DNA of 49,563 nucleotides, from positions 1 to 49,563 of the forward strand of contig JBBQPP010000001.1 of the NCBI GenBank assembly GCA_038217255.1, read 5' to 3'. Every line of letters starts with the position of its first letter. The stretch's first letter is position 1. The DNA comes from Bacteroidales bacterium. Its GTDB lineage: Bacteria; Bacteroidota; Bacteroidia; Bacteroidales; Prolixibacteraceae. Below, in pieces: positions 9,764 to 21,900 of the stretch. The notes below the pieces were generated by a model. The model was not told the origin of the DNA, searched no databases, and saw nothing but the letters and a program-made list of their open reading frames with translations. The position numbers and the translations under genes are program-made.

Positions 9764-12004
9764 TTAATCGTTTAGATTTTTTATGCGTGAAACATTTTCA
9801 ATCCCTTTTATCTTTTTTAATTGTGAGATCAAATTGTTTAAATCATCGGTATTGTGGATGTATAGGAATAAATCCCCTTTAAAAATACCATCGTTTGTTT
9901 CAAACTGAACTGATCGCATATTGATATTGTTTTCCTTTGAAATAATGTTTGTCACCTGATTTACAATTCCCATCCTATCGAATCCTTCAAGTAGAAGGCG
10001 GGTCAAATATGATTGTTTTTTGAATTTTGTCCATTCGGCTGCAACAATTTTTTCGCCCTGATTTGACAAGTATTTGGCTAAAACGGGGCATTCGGTTTTA
10101 TGTATAATTACGTGATCATCAGTGCTCAAATAACCCAAAACTATATCGCCAGGAATCGGGTAGCAACACTTGGCCAGCGAAAAGGAAACATTGTCTTGAT
10201 TTTCTTTTAAAACGAAAGGTTTTTTTCGGTCAATTTTGTTTTTATTATTAGGGACTTCTTCCTCGAAGTCTTCTTTTTCCTCAATTTCTTCCCGTTTCTT
10301 ATTGCCAAACGTGATGTTCCAGTATTTAACCAATTTATTCTCAGATTTACGGCCAAGTATTTCATTTAAATCTTTTAGTTCAATAAATCCCATTCCAACT
10401 TGTGAGTATAATTGATCTTTATTGTTGAGATTATAGTGCCCTACGATTTTCTTTAAATTATTTGATGTTAATACGGCGCCAGATTTAAGAACGGCTTCTT
10501 CTACAATAGATTTTCCGTTTTCGATGTGTTTGCTTTTTTCGAGTTTGAAAGCATCTTTAATTTTATTTCGTGCCTTTGCGGAAGTTGTAAATTTTAACCA
10601 TTCCAGTTTTGGGGTTTGATTTTTGGACGTTAAAATTTCTATTTGATCGCCGTTTTGCAAAACATGACTTATAGGTACCAATTTCATATTTATCTTGGCA
10701 CCAATACATTTGTTACCTAAATCGGAGTGGATCTCATAAGCAAAATCAATAATTGTTGAACCTTGCGGTATTGAAATCATGTCGCCCTTTGGAGTGAATA
10801 CGTTTATGTCAGTTCCGTATAAATTGAGTTTAAAATCATCAAGAAATTCAAAAGCATCAGCATCCGGATTTTTCAAATGGTCACGAATCCTTTCTATCCA
10901 GGTTTCCAATTCATTTTCAAATGAAGTTATGTCTTTGTAACGGTAATGTGATGCAAAACCACGATTTGCAATTTCATCCATTCGTTCAGTCCTAATCTGC
11001 ACTTCAACCCATTTTCCCTGTGGCCCCATAACAGTGACATGCAAAGCTTCATAACCATTAACTTTTGGTAAGTTTATCCAGTCACGAATCCGGTCTGGCT
11101 TTGGCTTGTAAATGTCGGTTACAATTGATAACACATCGAAACACTGTCTTTTTTCAGAAATATCCGGGTCGGGTTTTATCACAATCCGAATGGCAAGAAT
11201 ATCGTAGATTTCATTAAAGCTAACGCCTTTTTTTTGCATTTTTTGCCAAATCGAGTAACTCGATTTTAAGCGGTGAGTAACTTCACAATCAAAATGTTCA
11301 TCATTCAATTTTACCTTTATTGGTTTTATGAATTCATTAATAAGATAGTTTCGCTTTTCCTCTTGATTATGCAGAAAATAAGTTATTTGATTGTATTCCT
11401 CAGGATGTTTGTATTTAAAACTTAGATCTTCCAATTCTGTTTTTATAGTATATAATCCTAGCCGCTGGGCAAGAGGTACATACAGGAAAAGGGTTTCGCC
11501 GGAAATTTTAGTTTTTTTATTGGCCGGCATTGACTCAAGGGTTTGCATGTTGTGAAGACGGTCCGCAATTTTTATAAGCACCACCCTGACATCTTCAGAC
11601 AAAGTCATTAGCATTTTTTTGAGTGTAAGCGCTTGTCGTGAATCGAAATCTCCTGAAAGTTTTGTTAATCCATCAACAATTTTTGCAACTTTTTCGCCAA
11701 ACATATTTTCGATATCCGAAACCCTGTATTCGGTATCTTCAACCACATCGTGTAAAATTGCTGCAACAATGGAGGTTGCGCCCAGTCCTATTTCCTTGGC
11801 AACAATTTTTGCAACAGCGATAGGGTGTATAATATAAGGTTCGCCTGATTTTCGTCTTGTACCTTCGTGGGCTGCATTGGCAAAACGGAAAGCTTTTTCG
11901 ATGCGGGCAAGCCGTTCGTCGTCAAACTTATTCCGAAGCTCTTTTATAAAGTCTTCGTAACAGTCTTCAATATATCTTATTTCTGCTTGTGTAAAATGCT
12001 GCAC
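9764..12004 (-). CDS. relA: Long RelA/SpoT homolog, (p)ppGpp synthetase/hydrolase
   Basis: HD domain (RKSGEPYIIHP, LHDVVED, KIADRLHNM); synthetase (YDILAIR, NGYEALH, EVQIRT); TGS (FTPKG, DFAYEIHS); CC..H..C zinc finger; ACT domain. Confidence 0.95.
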   Translation of the reverse strand: MQHFTQAEIRYIEDCYEDFIKELRNKFDDERLARIEKAFRFANAAHEGTRRKSGEPYIIHPIAVAKIVAKEIGLGATSIVAAILHDVVEDTEYRVSDIENMFGEKVAKIVDGLTKLSGDFDSRQALTLKKMLMTLSEDVRVVLIKIADRLHNMQTLESMPANKKTKISGETLFLYVPLAQRLGLYTIKTELEDLSFKYKHPEEYNQITYFLHNQEEKRNYLINEFIKPIKVKLNDEHFDCEVTHRLKSSYSIWQKMQKKGVSFNEIYDILAIRIVIKPDPDISEKRQCFDVLSIVTDIYKPKPDRIRDWINLPKVNGYEALHVTVMGPQGKWVEVQIRTERMDEIANRGFASHYRYKDITSFENELETWIERIRDHLKNPDADAFEFLDDFKLNLYGTDINVFTPKGDMISIPQGSTIIDFAYEIHSDLGNKCIGAKINMKLVPISHVLQNGDQIEILTSKNQTPKLEWLKFTTSAKARNKIKDAFKLEKSKHIENGKSIVEEAVLKSGAVLTSNNLKKIVGHYNLNNKDQLYSQVGMGFIELKDLNEILGRKSENKLVKYWNITFGNKKREEIEEKEDFEEEVPNNKNKIDRKKPFVLKENQDNVSFSLAKCCYPIPGDIVLGYLSTDDHVIIHKTECPVLAKYLSNQGEKIVAAEWTKFKKQSYLTRLLLEGFDRMGIVNQVTNIISKENNINMRSVQFETNDGIFKGDLFLYIHNTDDLNNLISQLKKIKGIENVSRIKNLND

Positions 12005-12161
12005 TTATTGACCTCGATTAAAATCCAATAATATTTTTTCCCAGATTCAGAAATTTAAAAAATCCTGATTACCCTTTATTTGCAACCGCTAAAATATTAC
12101 TTTTTTGTCATCAATGATTATTGATATTGTTCGATTAGTATTTATTTAAAAGTTTTTAAAT

Positions 12162-13310
12162 CTATTTGACATTTTTTTTCTTAACCTGGCTGGCAAGTTG
12201 ATTGATCGCATTTGTCATCTTATCCCAGCTAAACCGCTCTTTTTCTTTAAGAATGTTATTAGTGAATTCTTCAATTCGATTATTTTCGAAGAAATCAATT
12301 AATGCATTTGAAATATCTTCAGGATTAGGTTCCACAACATAACCAACTTTCAAGTGAGGAATAATTTCTGCCAATCCCCCAACATTGGTGACTAGCATTG
12401 GTTTATTAAAATGATATCCAATTTGGGTTACACCACTTTGCGTGGCCGATTTATACGGTTGAGCAATTATGTCGGCACCATTGAAATAATGTTGCACCTC
12501 TTTATTTGAAATATAACTGGTGTGCAATATTACGTCATCCTCAAGTTTCAACTCCTTTATTAAATCGAGATATTTTGTTTGGTCGGTATAAAATTCTCCG
12601 GCAACAATTAATTTGATTCTGTTTGGTTTGAAATAAGGATTGGAAAATGCTTTCAATAAAAGGTCAAGTCCTTTGTAATCACGAATAAATCCAAAAAACA
12701 ATATGTACCTGTCTTCTTTTGAAAGGTTTAAATTTAAAAGCGCTTTTTCCCGTGGCTCCACATCCCCATAATGGTCGTAAATAGGGTGGGGAGTAAGTAT
12801 CTTTGGTTTTTTATAATTGAATTTTCCCAAATCATTTAAAACACTTCCCGACATTGTAATAAAGGCATCTATGCTGGCAATAAAATATCTGCAAAGCAGT
12901 TTATCACCCGGTCTTTTTTCATGCGGGATTATATTGTCCGCTATTGAAATAATTTTTGTATATCTGTTTAGTTTAACTATCCTACAAATTGAACCCAAAC
13001 TCATGCTCATAAAAGGTAACCAAAATCGCACAATTAGTATTTCGGGGCGCGATTTTCTTATTTTCAAGCCTATTTTTAACCAGTTTAACGGACTAACTGA
13101 ATTAATTTCGCGGGTAATTGGAAAGCTAAAAGTTGTTTTTTGTTCTGAAAATTGGGTTTTGCCTGGAAATAGAAATTTTGGGTACTGCACAACAAACGAA
13201 ACAATATTTACCTCATTCCCTTCATCAACGAGTTGCCGCGCTAATCTTTCATTTAATGCTGCAATGCCTCCTCTGTATGGATGTGCTGGTCCAAGAATGG
13301 TAATTTTCAT
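12162..13310 (-). CDS. Glycosyltransferase family 4 (GT-B)
   Basis: GPAHPYRGGI, LFFGFIRDYKG, PYKSATQSGV and VTNVGGLAE motifs. Confidence 0.92.
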   Translation of the reverse strand: MKITILGPAHPYRGGIAALNERLARQLVDEGNEVNIVSFVVQYPKFLFPGKTQFSEQKTTFSFPITREINSVSPLNWLKIGLKIRKSRPEILIVRFWLPFMSMSLGSICRIVKLNRYTKIISIADNIIPHEKRPGDKLLCRYFIASIDAFITMSGSVLNDLGKFNYKKPKILTPHPIYDHYGDVEPREKALLNLNLSKEDRYILFFGFIRDYKGLDLLLKAFSNPYFKPNRIKLIVAGEFYTDQTKYLDLIKELKLEDDVILHTSYISNKEVQHYFNGADIIAQPYKSATQSGVTQIGYHFNKPMLVTNVGGLAEIIPHLKVGYVVEPNPEDISNALIDFFENNRIEEFTNNILKEKERFSWDKMTNAINQLASQVKKKNVK

Positions 13311-13765
13311 GAAAATTGTTTCTTTAATTTGCTGGCCACAAATTTATCAATTGGAAAAGTAATTTCACCTTCATTTATACTTTTTATTTTAATCCATCTA
13401 AAGCTTTGGGTTCCATTCTTTTCTTCCTTGAAATCAAATGGCCTTTGGGAAATTTTAAATTTTATAGGGCCTGACAATTCGGTTAGATAATAAATACTCA
13501 GTAACTGTTTATTTTCGTAGAACAAAGCTTTCTGAAAAAAATCTGTTGTATAAAAATGTTGTATGCCTTTAATTTCCTGGCCATTACATTCTTCCCTGAA
13601 TTCGCGTTTTAATCCGTCAATTGTTCCTTCTCCAAATTCGAGCCCACCTCCTGGAAATTTTGTCATTTTTATTCCAACTTGAAACTCATCAGAAAGTAAA
13701 ACTTCACTGTTGTTGTTTATTACAATTCCGTAAACGCGTATGATAAAATTCCCTGTTAAGTTCAT
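13307..13765 (-). CDS. NUDIX hydrolase
   Basis: Nudix box FPGGGLEFGEGTIDGLKREFREE; 4-nt overlaps with both neighbours. Confidence 0.92.
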   Translation of the reverse strand: MNLTGNFIIRVYGIVINNNSEVLLSDEFQVGIKMTKFPGGGLEFGEGTIDGLKREFREECNGQEIKGIQHFYTTDFFQKALFYENKQLLSIYYLTELSGPIKFKISQRPFDFKEEKNGTQSFRWIKIKSINEGEITFPIDKFVASKLKKQFS

Positions 13766-14670
13766 TTTTCATTGATTTTATTTTCAATAAAAGCTATAAT
13801 TTCTTTTGTTTGATTGTTTTCGAACCAATGCATTTCCTCATCATTCCTGAACCAGGTAAGTTGTTTTCGCGCATAACGACGTGAATTCCTTTTAATTAGT
13901 TCTATGGCTTTTTCCCGCGAAATTTCATCATCAAAAAATGCAAATAGTTCACGGTAGCCTACCGTATTCATTGCGTTCAAATGTTTTAAATGATATAAAT
14001 TCCTCGCTTCTTCTTCCAGTCCTTCATTAATCATATTATCCACACGCGTATTTATTTTATTGTGTAGTGTGCCCCTTTCGCAATTCAGGCCAATTTTTAT
14101 TATTGTAAAAGGCCTTTTCTTTATTGATTTCGTAAGAAAAGTAGAATATGGTTTATCAGTCATAATGGATATTTCGAGGGCATGCAATATTCTGTTTGTA
14201 TTTTTCAAATCTACAGTATTGTAATAATCGGGATCGAGTTTTTTTAATTGAAATCGTAAGCTTTCAATTCCCTCTGATTCTAGTTTTTCTTTTAACAATC
14301 TCCTTATTTCAGGATCGGTATCGGGCATATTGTCGATTCCATTGCAAACAGCATCAATGTAAAGCATTGAACCGCCAACAAGAAAAACCAAATTGTGCTT
14401 ATTGAATAATGAATTGATTATGCTAAGGGCCTCATTTTCAAATTTACTTACATTGAAATTCTCCTGGATAGAATGATTCTGAATTAAATGATGTTTTATT
14501 TCGGCCAATTCCTCCTTATTAGGAATTGCTGTGCCAATGTTCAACTCTTTATAAATTTGCCTTGAATCGGACGAAACTATTTCGCTGTTGAAGTGCTTCG
14601 CCAGTGTTATTCCAGTGCTTGTTTTTCCAATCCCAGTTGGCCCACTTAGTACGATTAAATACCTTTGCAT
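13762..14670 (-). CDS. miaA: tRNA dimethylallyltransferase
   Basis: GPTGIGKT, DSRQIYK, VGGSMLY, TVGYRE and YARKQLTWF motifs; ATG at 14670 preferred. Confidence 0.96.
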   Translation of the reverse strand: MQRYLIVLSGPTGIGKTSTGITLAKHFNSEIVSSDSRQIYKELNIGTAIPNKEELAEIKHHLIQNHSIQENFNVSKFENEALSIINSLFNKHNLVFLVGGSMLYIDAVCNGIDNMPDTDPEIRRLLKEKLESEGIESLRFQLKKLDPDYYNTVDLKNTNRILHALEISIMTDKPYSTFLTKSIKKRPFTIIKIGLNCERGTLHNKINTRVDNMINEGLEEEARNLYHLKHLNAMNTVGYRELFAFFDDEISREKAIELIKRNSRRYARKQLTWFRNDEEMHWFENNQTKEIIAFIENKINEK

Positions 14671-14702
14671 TAAAAGTGCAGTTTTTATCACAAATAAAGA
14701 AC

Positions 14703-14736
14703 AAAAAAAAGACTGTTCAAAGAAATTGAACAGTCT
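14703..14736 (-). terminator. Intrinsic terminator after the pRiA4b-ORF3-like gene
   Basis: Stem AGACTGTTCAA / TTGAACAGTCT with a T run on the minus strand. Confidence 0.8.
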
Positions 14737-14765
14737 GGAAATTCATAAAAAATGGTATTAATGCT

Positions 14766-15287
14766 TTAAAAATCATTCATCTCTCCGAAAATTTCAGTGT
14801 AATCTTCAAGTTCTCCAAAAAGCGAGTACGATTTTTCTTCCTGAAGCTCAATCGATTCCTGATCAATTACATCAACATCATCGCCTAAAACCTGTTGTGG
14901 AGTATCACCTTGTTTTAAAGTGACCAAAGGCTCACTAAGTTTTTTTTCCATAATGATATCTGTTAATTCAATTAATAATGATCTGTCGTTTACAAAATCA
15001 AAAGTATATATTAGCTTTTGTCCCTTAGTATGTATAAGATCCAAAAGAATTGTTTTTTGCATAATCAGATAGGCACCTCCATTCATTCCTAAATCAAGCA
15101 TCGAAATCTCTTTTTCCTTTAATCCTCTTTGGTCTGGTATAAAAAAAGATGCCAATTGGTGAGATTCGTAACCTAAACTCTTTTGGATGATAGAGTGAAA
15201 ATCGAAAAAAGTATTCTTTGCTGGTAATTCAACTTCCAATTGGAAATTCTTTATTTCTTGTGAATTGATTCGAAAATGAAAAATCAT
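14766..15287 (-). CDS. pRiA4b ORF-3-like (IS1096 passenger TnpR-like) conserved protein
   Basis: TFFDFHSII, LASFF, KLIYTFDF pattern and acidic tail; lies upstream of miaA as in other Bacteroidota. Confidence 0.7.
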   Translation of the reverse strand: MIFHFRINSQEIKNFQLEVELPAKNTFFDFHSIIQKSLGYESHQLASFFIPDQRGLKEKEISMLDLGMNGGAYLIMQKTILLDLIHTKGQKLIYTFDFVNDRSLLIELTDIIMEKKLSEPLVTLKQGDTPQQVLGDDVDVIDQESIELQEEKSYSLFGELEDYTEIFGEMNDF

Positions 15288-15650
15288 AAAGTATCACTTA
15301 TTGGTACAACTCAAATTTTACATGTTTTTATTCAATATCCAAGAACAGAAATAGTAATTTCTTAGATAAAAGCTATTGAAACAATAGAAATTACTTTTAT
15401 AAGCTGTCTTGAAAAAACATCAAAAAACTGATTTATAACATTTTTGAACGAATAGAATTGGATATTTGTAATTCTTTTTACCGAAAAAAGTGTTACATTA
15501 AAAAATGTTAAAAGAAATTCCGTAAGGAAAAATATCGAACAGATACGTCATCTATTCGGTAAAACTTTAGGTTTTTCATAAAATCAAATAATTATTTTAG
15601 ATGAAAATAGTTTTTTAAAACTGTTTTCAATTGGATCAATATTAAAGTTT

Positions 15651-15658
15651 TAATTTTG
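15651..15658 (+). promoter_or_regulatory. Bacteroidota -7 promoter element
   Basis: TAATTTTG 22 nt upstream of the ATG at 15681. Confidence 0.45.
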
Positions 15659-15680
15659 ATGAATTATAAAAAATAATTCC

Positions 15681-16928
15681 ATGCGTAATACAACATTATT
15701 TGCCGAGAACATTAGGATTGCAATACAATCAATGAAGAACAATATGCTGCGTTCGGTTTTAACAATAATGATAATTGCTATTGGAATTACTGCATTAGTA
15801 GGTATCCTAACAGCAATAGAATCAATAAAAACTTCGATTACAAAGGAGTTTACAGTGCTAGGTGCTAATACATTTTCAATTACAAGCCAGGGGATGCGTG
15901 TTCAGATCGGAAACCAGAGATTAAGGACAAAAAACTATTCATATATTTCATATTATGAAGCCAAAGAATTTAAAGAGAGTTTTGATTTTCCTGCAACTGC
16001 ATCAATTTCAGTTATCTCAACCGGTACGGCGACTTTAAAATATGGATCGAAAAAAACAAACCCAAATATAAGTGTTCGGGGAATTGATACAGATTATCTT
16101 TATACATCGGGCTATGAAGTTAATAAGGGAAGAGCTTTTAGTGATGATGATATTAATTCAGGACGAAATTTAGCTTTAATAGGTAGTGCACTTGCAAAAC
16201 GTTTGTTTGAAGATGGCGAAAATCCACTTCAAAAAGAAATAAGTATCGGAAACGGGAAATATAGAATTGTCGGTGTTCTTGGTGAAAAAGGAAGTGGGTT
16301 TGGAGGAAGCAGCGATATGGTTTGTTTTATACCGTATTCAAATTCCAGGAGTTATTTTTCAAGACCAAACATGAATTTCGATATACAGATAAAAGTAAAT
16401 CAACCAGAATTAGTTGTTGCAGCAGTTGGTCAAGCGGAATCTGTTTTTCGAAATGTCAGGGATTTATTACCCATAGATGAATCGGATTTTAACATTGAAA
16501 AGAGTGATAACATAGCAAACCTACTTTTGAAAAATATTAAAAACATAACCCTGGTAGCAACAATAATTGGTTTTATTACACTTTTGGGAGCAGCAATAGG
16601 ACTAATGAATATAATGTTGGTTTCGGTTACGGAACGCACTCGTGAAATCGGTATTAGAAAAGCAATTGGTGCAAAAAGTAATACTGTTAAGCAACAATTT
16701 CTTTTTGAAGCTATAGTTATTGGACAAATAGGAGGTTTGTTCGGAATTATACTAGGCATTCTGGCAGGTAACCTTGTTTCTGTTATGATTGGCTCTTCAT
16801 TTATTATACCTTGGATGTGGATACTTTTGGGAGTAGCATTGTGTTTTTGTGTTGGTATTATTTCAGGTTATTATCCGGCTCGAAAAGCATCACAGCTTGA
16901 TCCAATAGAATCACTTAGGTATGAATAA
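15681..16928 (+). CDS. ABC transporter permease, MacB/FtsX family (no adjacent ATPase)
   Basis: [37 protein letters not shown] and [17 protein letters not shown] motifs. Confidence 0.93.
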   Translation: MRNTTLFAENIRIAIQSMKNNMLRSVLTIMIIAIGITALVGILTAIESIKTSITKEFTVLGANTFSITSQGMRVQIGNQRLRTKNYSYISYYEAKEFKESFDFPATASISVISTGTATLKYGSKKTNPNISVRGIDTDYLYTSGYEVNKGRAFSDDDINSGRNLALIGSALAKRLFEDGENPLQKEISIGNGKYRIVGVLGEKGSGFGGSSDMVCFIPYSNSRSYFSRPNMNFDIQIKVNQPELVVAAVGQAESVFRNVRDLLPIDESDFNIEKSDNIANLLLKNIKNITLVATIIGFITLLGAAIGLMNIMLVSVTERTREIGIRKAIGAKSNTVKQQFLFEAIVIGQIGGLFGIILGILAGNLVSVMIGSSFIIPWMWILLGVALCFCVGIISGYYPARKASQLDPIESLRYE

Positions 16929-16947
16929 ATGGATAATTGTATTCAAC

Positions 16948-16981
16948 AAAAAAAAAGGATGCCAATTGACATCCTTTTTTT
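16948..16981. terminator. Bidirectional intrinsic terminator between the permease and gap
   Basis: A-tract-GGATG / CATCC-T-tract inverted repeat between convergent genes. Confidence 0.8.
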
Positions 16982-17004
16982 AGTTCTATATTATTTAGTA
17001 AAAC

Positions 17005-18033
<1,029 letters not shown>

Positions 18034-18345
18034 TTAAATAAAATTATTCTTCTCAGTTTAAAATTCGGAAAATATTTCAAATCGATTATTTTTGAATTAC
18101 AAAGTAAATACTATTATCGTTTGGAATCAAGCCCGATTTTTTTTTACCTCAAAAAACTGTTAACCTTAATGTAAATTTAAAGTGAATTTCCCTGCAATAT
18201 TTCGGATATTCTTACTTATTATTCGAGAGTTAAGGGAATATTAAAATCTCAGAGGGTAAAAAATCACGTAATCTTCTTGTATGTATTTAATTAGGACAAT
18301 TTTTAAAGTACCTGTTTTTGACTAAATTAGAAATATATCAATTAA

Positions 18346-18522
18346 TTATGTTGTTAAATTCCTCATATTTGTAAAATTTTGAATTTCTATTTGAGAATAT
18401 GCCGGGCATTTACAAGTTTTACATGAACTCGCATATAATTGAAGAAACATACCCAGACAAAGAATAATTAATGTTTTACCAATTTTATTGATATACCCTT
18501 TTGCTTTATTTATTGGATGCAT
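18346..18522 (-). CDS. Small putative lipoprotein with a CxxCxCPAY motif (start at 18522 or 18567)
   Basis: Basic N-region, hydrophobic stretch TLIILCLGMFLQLY, lipobox-like ASS-C, then KTCKCPAYS; a minus-strand TATATTTG element lies upstream. Confidence 0.5.
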   Translation of the reverse strand: MHPINKAKGYINKIGKTLIILCLGMFLQLYASSCKTCKCPAYSQIEIQNFTNMRNLTT

Positions 18523-18585
18523 AAAATTGTTGAAAATCTTTTTACAAATTTGAATGGAAAAATACATTTTATTTAATATATATAG

Positions 18586-18832
18586 TTTAACAATGTTTCA
18601 ATGTTGTACAAACAAATATAATAAGCGAAAAAATCAAACAATTATTGCGATATTTGAAAAATTAAGATTAAAATTGCAACAATTTTGAAGATGAATAAAA
18701 AATTGGACGTTTCGCAATAGAATTTGTTAGGTAGTTATTAAGAGTTAAGGTTGGGTTTTCAATGCAACAATGTTGAAAACATTAATTCAAAAGAAAGTGT
18801 TTTATGCAATATATATTTTGTACATTGTTGCA
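18586..18832. promoter_or_regulatory. Five degenerate copies of the palindrome TGCAACAWTGTTGCA (candidate transcription factor operators)
   Basis: Copies at 18586, 18594, 18675, 18763 and 18818 match 12, 11, 13, 14 and 12 of 15 positions. Confidence 0.5.
18613..18620 (-). promoter_or_regulatory. Bacteroidota -7 element for the small minus-strand ORF
   Basis: Plus-strand CAAATATA reads TATATTTG on the minus strand; a TTG lies about 18 nt upstream. Confidence 0.4.
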
Positions 18833-18848
18833 AAATTTTATACGTTTG
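18817..18848 (+). promoter_or_regulatory. Consensus Bacteroidota sigmaA promoter for the large T9SS substrate
   Basis: TTTG (18817-18820), 20-nt spacer, TACGTTTG (18841-18848). Confidence 0.75.
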
Positions 18849-18958
18849 TAATGATTTACGTAAAATATAAACAGACAATATAGTTTGGATATTATGATTA
18901 AAGAATTAAATAAATTAAAATCAATCAATCAATTAAGTTCAATTTAAAAAGAAATGCT

Positions 18959-21900
18959 ATGAGAAAATCATTTACTTGGTTCTTAAGTTTGATGGTCCTC
19001 CTTACCGCCTTTGCTACCTTCGGGTATGCTCAGGAAGAGCAGGAGACTGTTGAGCTTTACGCAGGAAAAACTGCCTCTTGTTACATGCAAGGGAACGATT
19101 ACACAGTTAATGTAGCTGTGAGGGATTTTATTAAACTCACGAAATTTGATTTAGGTCTCTCTTTCAATGACCTTGTCTACACTTTCGTGAATGTTACGGA
19201 CGTAAATTCAAGCCTGACTGGCTTAAGTACCTCCATAACTCCGGTTGCCCTTGGACCAGACGTGTTAAACCTTAATTGGACTGGCACTGCTGCTACAATT
19301 GGTGACAATGTTAAAACGGATGTGATTAAACTTCACTTCAAATTAAAGGGGTTTCCAGCAAACACTGCTGTTTCATACCCTACTGACTTGATTTGGACTA
19401 AAAAGAATTTTTGGTACACAACTTCAGCAAGTGTTTACGATGCAGTAAATACAGTTATTGCTGCTGATGGTGAATTGAAAGTTAACGTTTCACTTACTGG
19501 TATTCAAACAGAATTGACCACTGAAACTTGTGCAGGGGAGGATGTTATGGTTAAAGTAACTGCACCTGCCGCTTCCATGTATTTATTTAATGAAGATCCG
19601 ATTGTTGCCAATTGGAACTGGAGTGCTTCAAATGAGTATTTGGCAAAAGCTGGCGAGAGTGTTACGATTCGCGTGAAAAGCGCAGATGGTTGTATGTCTC
19701 TCATGGATGAATTACTTCTTCCTGAAACACTTGATTCTGTTAGATTTACAGTTACTACACAAAACCCACTCTGCTATTTAGGTAAAGGTTCTGTAGTTAT
19801 AAACCCAACTGGTGGAACTGCTCCTTATACGTATTGGATTTCATCAAATGCTGATGGTTCTGGTGCTGTGAAAAAAACTAATTTCCAATTTTCTCAAGGT
19901 CCTGGAACTTACTATGTAAGCATAATGGATGCCAATGACTGTACAGTATTGGATCCCTGGAAAATGATTACAATTGTTGACGAAAATACTCCTATTGTAA
20001 TTACCGAAACGGTTACAAATGTATTGTGTTACGGTCAGGCTGCAGGTAGCATTGCAGTTTCAGTGTCAGGTGGAGCCACTATGGTTTCAATTGATGGTAA
20101 TACCTGGAAGAATTTAGTCAGTAGTGCTTACACCTTCAATAATGTGCCTGCAGGCACTTATACGGTTTGGGCAAAAAACGCAAACGATTGTGAGGTGTCT
20201 AAGAAAGATATTAAAATTACTCAACCTGTTGGAGCTATCGCGTTTAATATTAAAATTAATGATACATCTTGTGGTGGTGATAATGACGGAATTATAACTG
20301 TAAGTAATGTTACCGGAGGTACTGCCCCTTATTCATATTCTATTGATGGCAGTGATTTTGCAAATACTACAGGTGTTTTCTCAGGACTTATGCCAACTTA
20401 TTATAGTTTATGGGTTCGTGATGCCAACGGTTGTACAGTTGCATATAATAATCCTAATGGAACAAAAAATACAATTGCAGTTCAGTCTCCAAAAGATATT
20501 AAATATATAGTTACTGTAACTAATCCTACATGTAATGATGATAATGCTAAAATTACAATATCTAATGTAACAGGTGGTACAGGTTCATATACATATAGTT
20601 TTGATGGCGGCTCAGCATGGGATACTCTTAAAACAATGGAATGGGCTGTACCTTATGCTCCCGTAACTATTTGGGTTGCAAATGCAGGTGGTGCTTGTCC
20701 TGTTGAATATGTAGTTGATACAGAAGATGTAACTAATCCTGATGCAATAAACGTAGCAGTGCTTGACCAACTTGCTCCAACTTGCATTGATGGCAATGAT
20801 GGTAACATAACTTTGCACATTACTGGTGGAATCAAGCCTTACTATTATTCAATCAATGGTAGTGCATGGAGAATGACCGAAAAAGAATACACGAATGTAA
20901 AAGTTAATGTTGGAACTCATAATATCTTAGTTAAAGATGCAAACGGATGTGAATGGGATACTGAAATAAATGAAACAATAACGTTGGAAGAAAGCATTAT
21001 CGAAGCTACTTCTGATACCCATATTGATTGTTTTGGAACTAAAACAGGAACTATTTCAGTTGATTTTTCAAGTTGGGCTGAAGGTCTAACTGGGGATGCT
21101 CCAAACCGGAATGTAACTTATTGGATACAGAATGAAACAGGAAATGTTAGTTCGTTTGTGCCTTCTAATCAAGGAGGAACAGCAACATTGTTCAATGCTG
21201 GTATTTATGTGGTTTGGGTAGTTGACCAATATACCTGTGAATCAAATATGGATTCTGTTTGGGTAACTCAAAATGATGAATTACTAATTGCCGATGTTAC
21301 TTCCAATGGCGCTTCTTGTTTTGAAACTTTTGAAGGTGTTATTACCCTTTATGCCACTGGTGGAAATACAGCTGATCTTGAATATGCTGTTGTAAATAAC
21401 GAAGGTGCCCTTGGTAATATTACCGATGACAAATGGTTACCATTTGATACTTATAATCCATTGGTAAAACCTGCACTTAGCACAGTAAGCTTCCAGGTAG
21501 ATGCTGGAACATATTGGTTGGCAGTAAGGGATGACAATTGTAGTGAACTTAATTATGGACCGGTTGTCGTAGAAGGTTATACAGAATTATTAGTTGATGA
21601 GGATGCAATTGACTATACAGATCCAAAATGTTATGAAAGTAACGATGGTACAATTAATGTTCCAATGATTGCAGTATCTGGTGGTGCGGGTTCATACAAA
21701 TTTACTTTATGGATGAGTGAAGGCGAAGGTGGTTGGGTTGAAATGGAAGACTATATTGCCCAGGCAACAGGAATGTTCACAGGTCTTTCTGCCGGAACTT
21801 ATAAAGTGTTGGTTGAAGATGCAGAAGATTGTCCATCTTATACAACTGGAGATATAGTGTTAGTAGATCCGGAACTGTTAACTTTTGATACAGAGATTAC

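Noticed and set aside
12817-13362. 181-aa plus-strand ORF and other antisense ORFs in the track (e.g. 43004-43459, 45894-46397, 29361-29717)
   Set aside because: Shadow frames of well-supported genes with no recognisable motifs.
14036-14044. Perfect DnaA box TTATCCACA
   Set aside because: Single copy inside miaA, with no cluster or origin context.
14766-15287. pRiA4b ORF-3/IS1096 passenger-like gene as a mobile element
   Set aside because: No transposase, terminal inverted repeats or target duplication; this is its usual chromosomal position next to miaA.
15288-15680. AT-rich 393-nt intergenic region with short inverted repeats (TTACCGAA/TTCGGTAA), possible sRNA or origin
   Set aside because: The repeats are short, and there is no recognisable RNA family or DnaA box cluster. 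It is consistent with a divergent promoter region.
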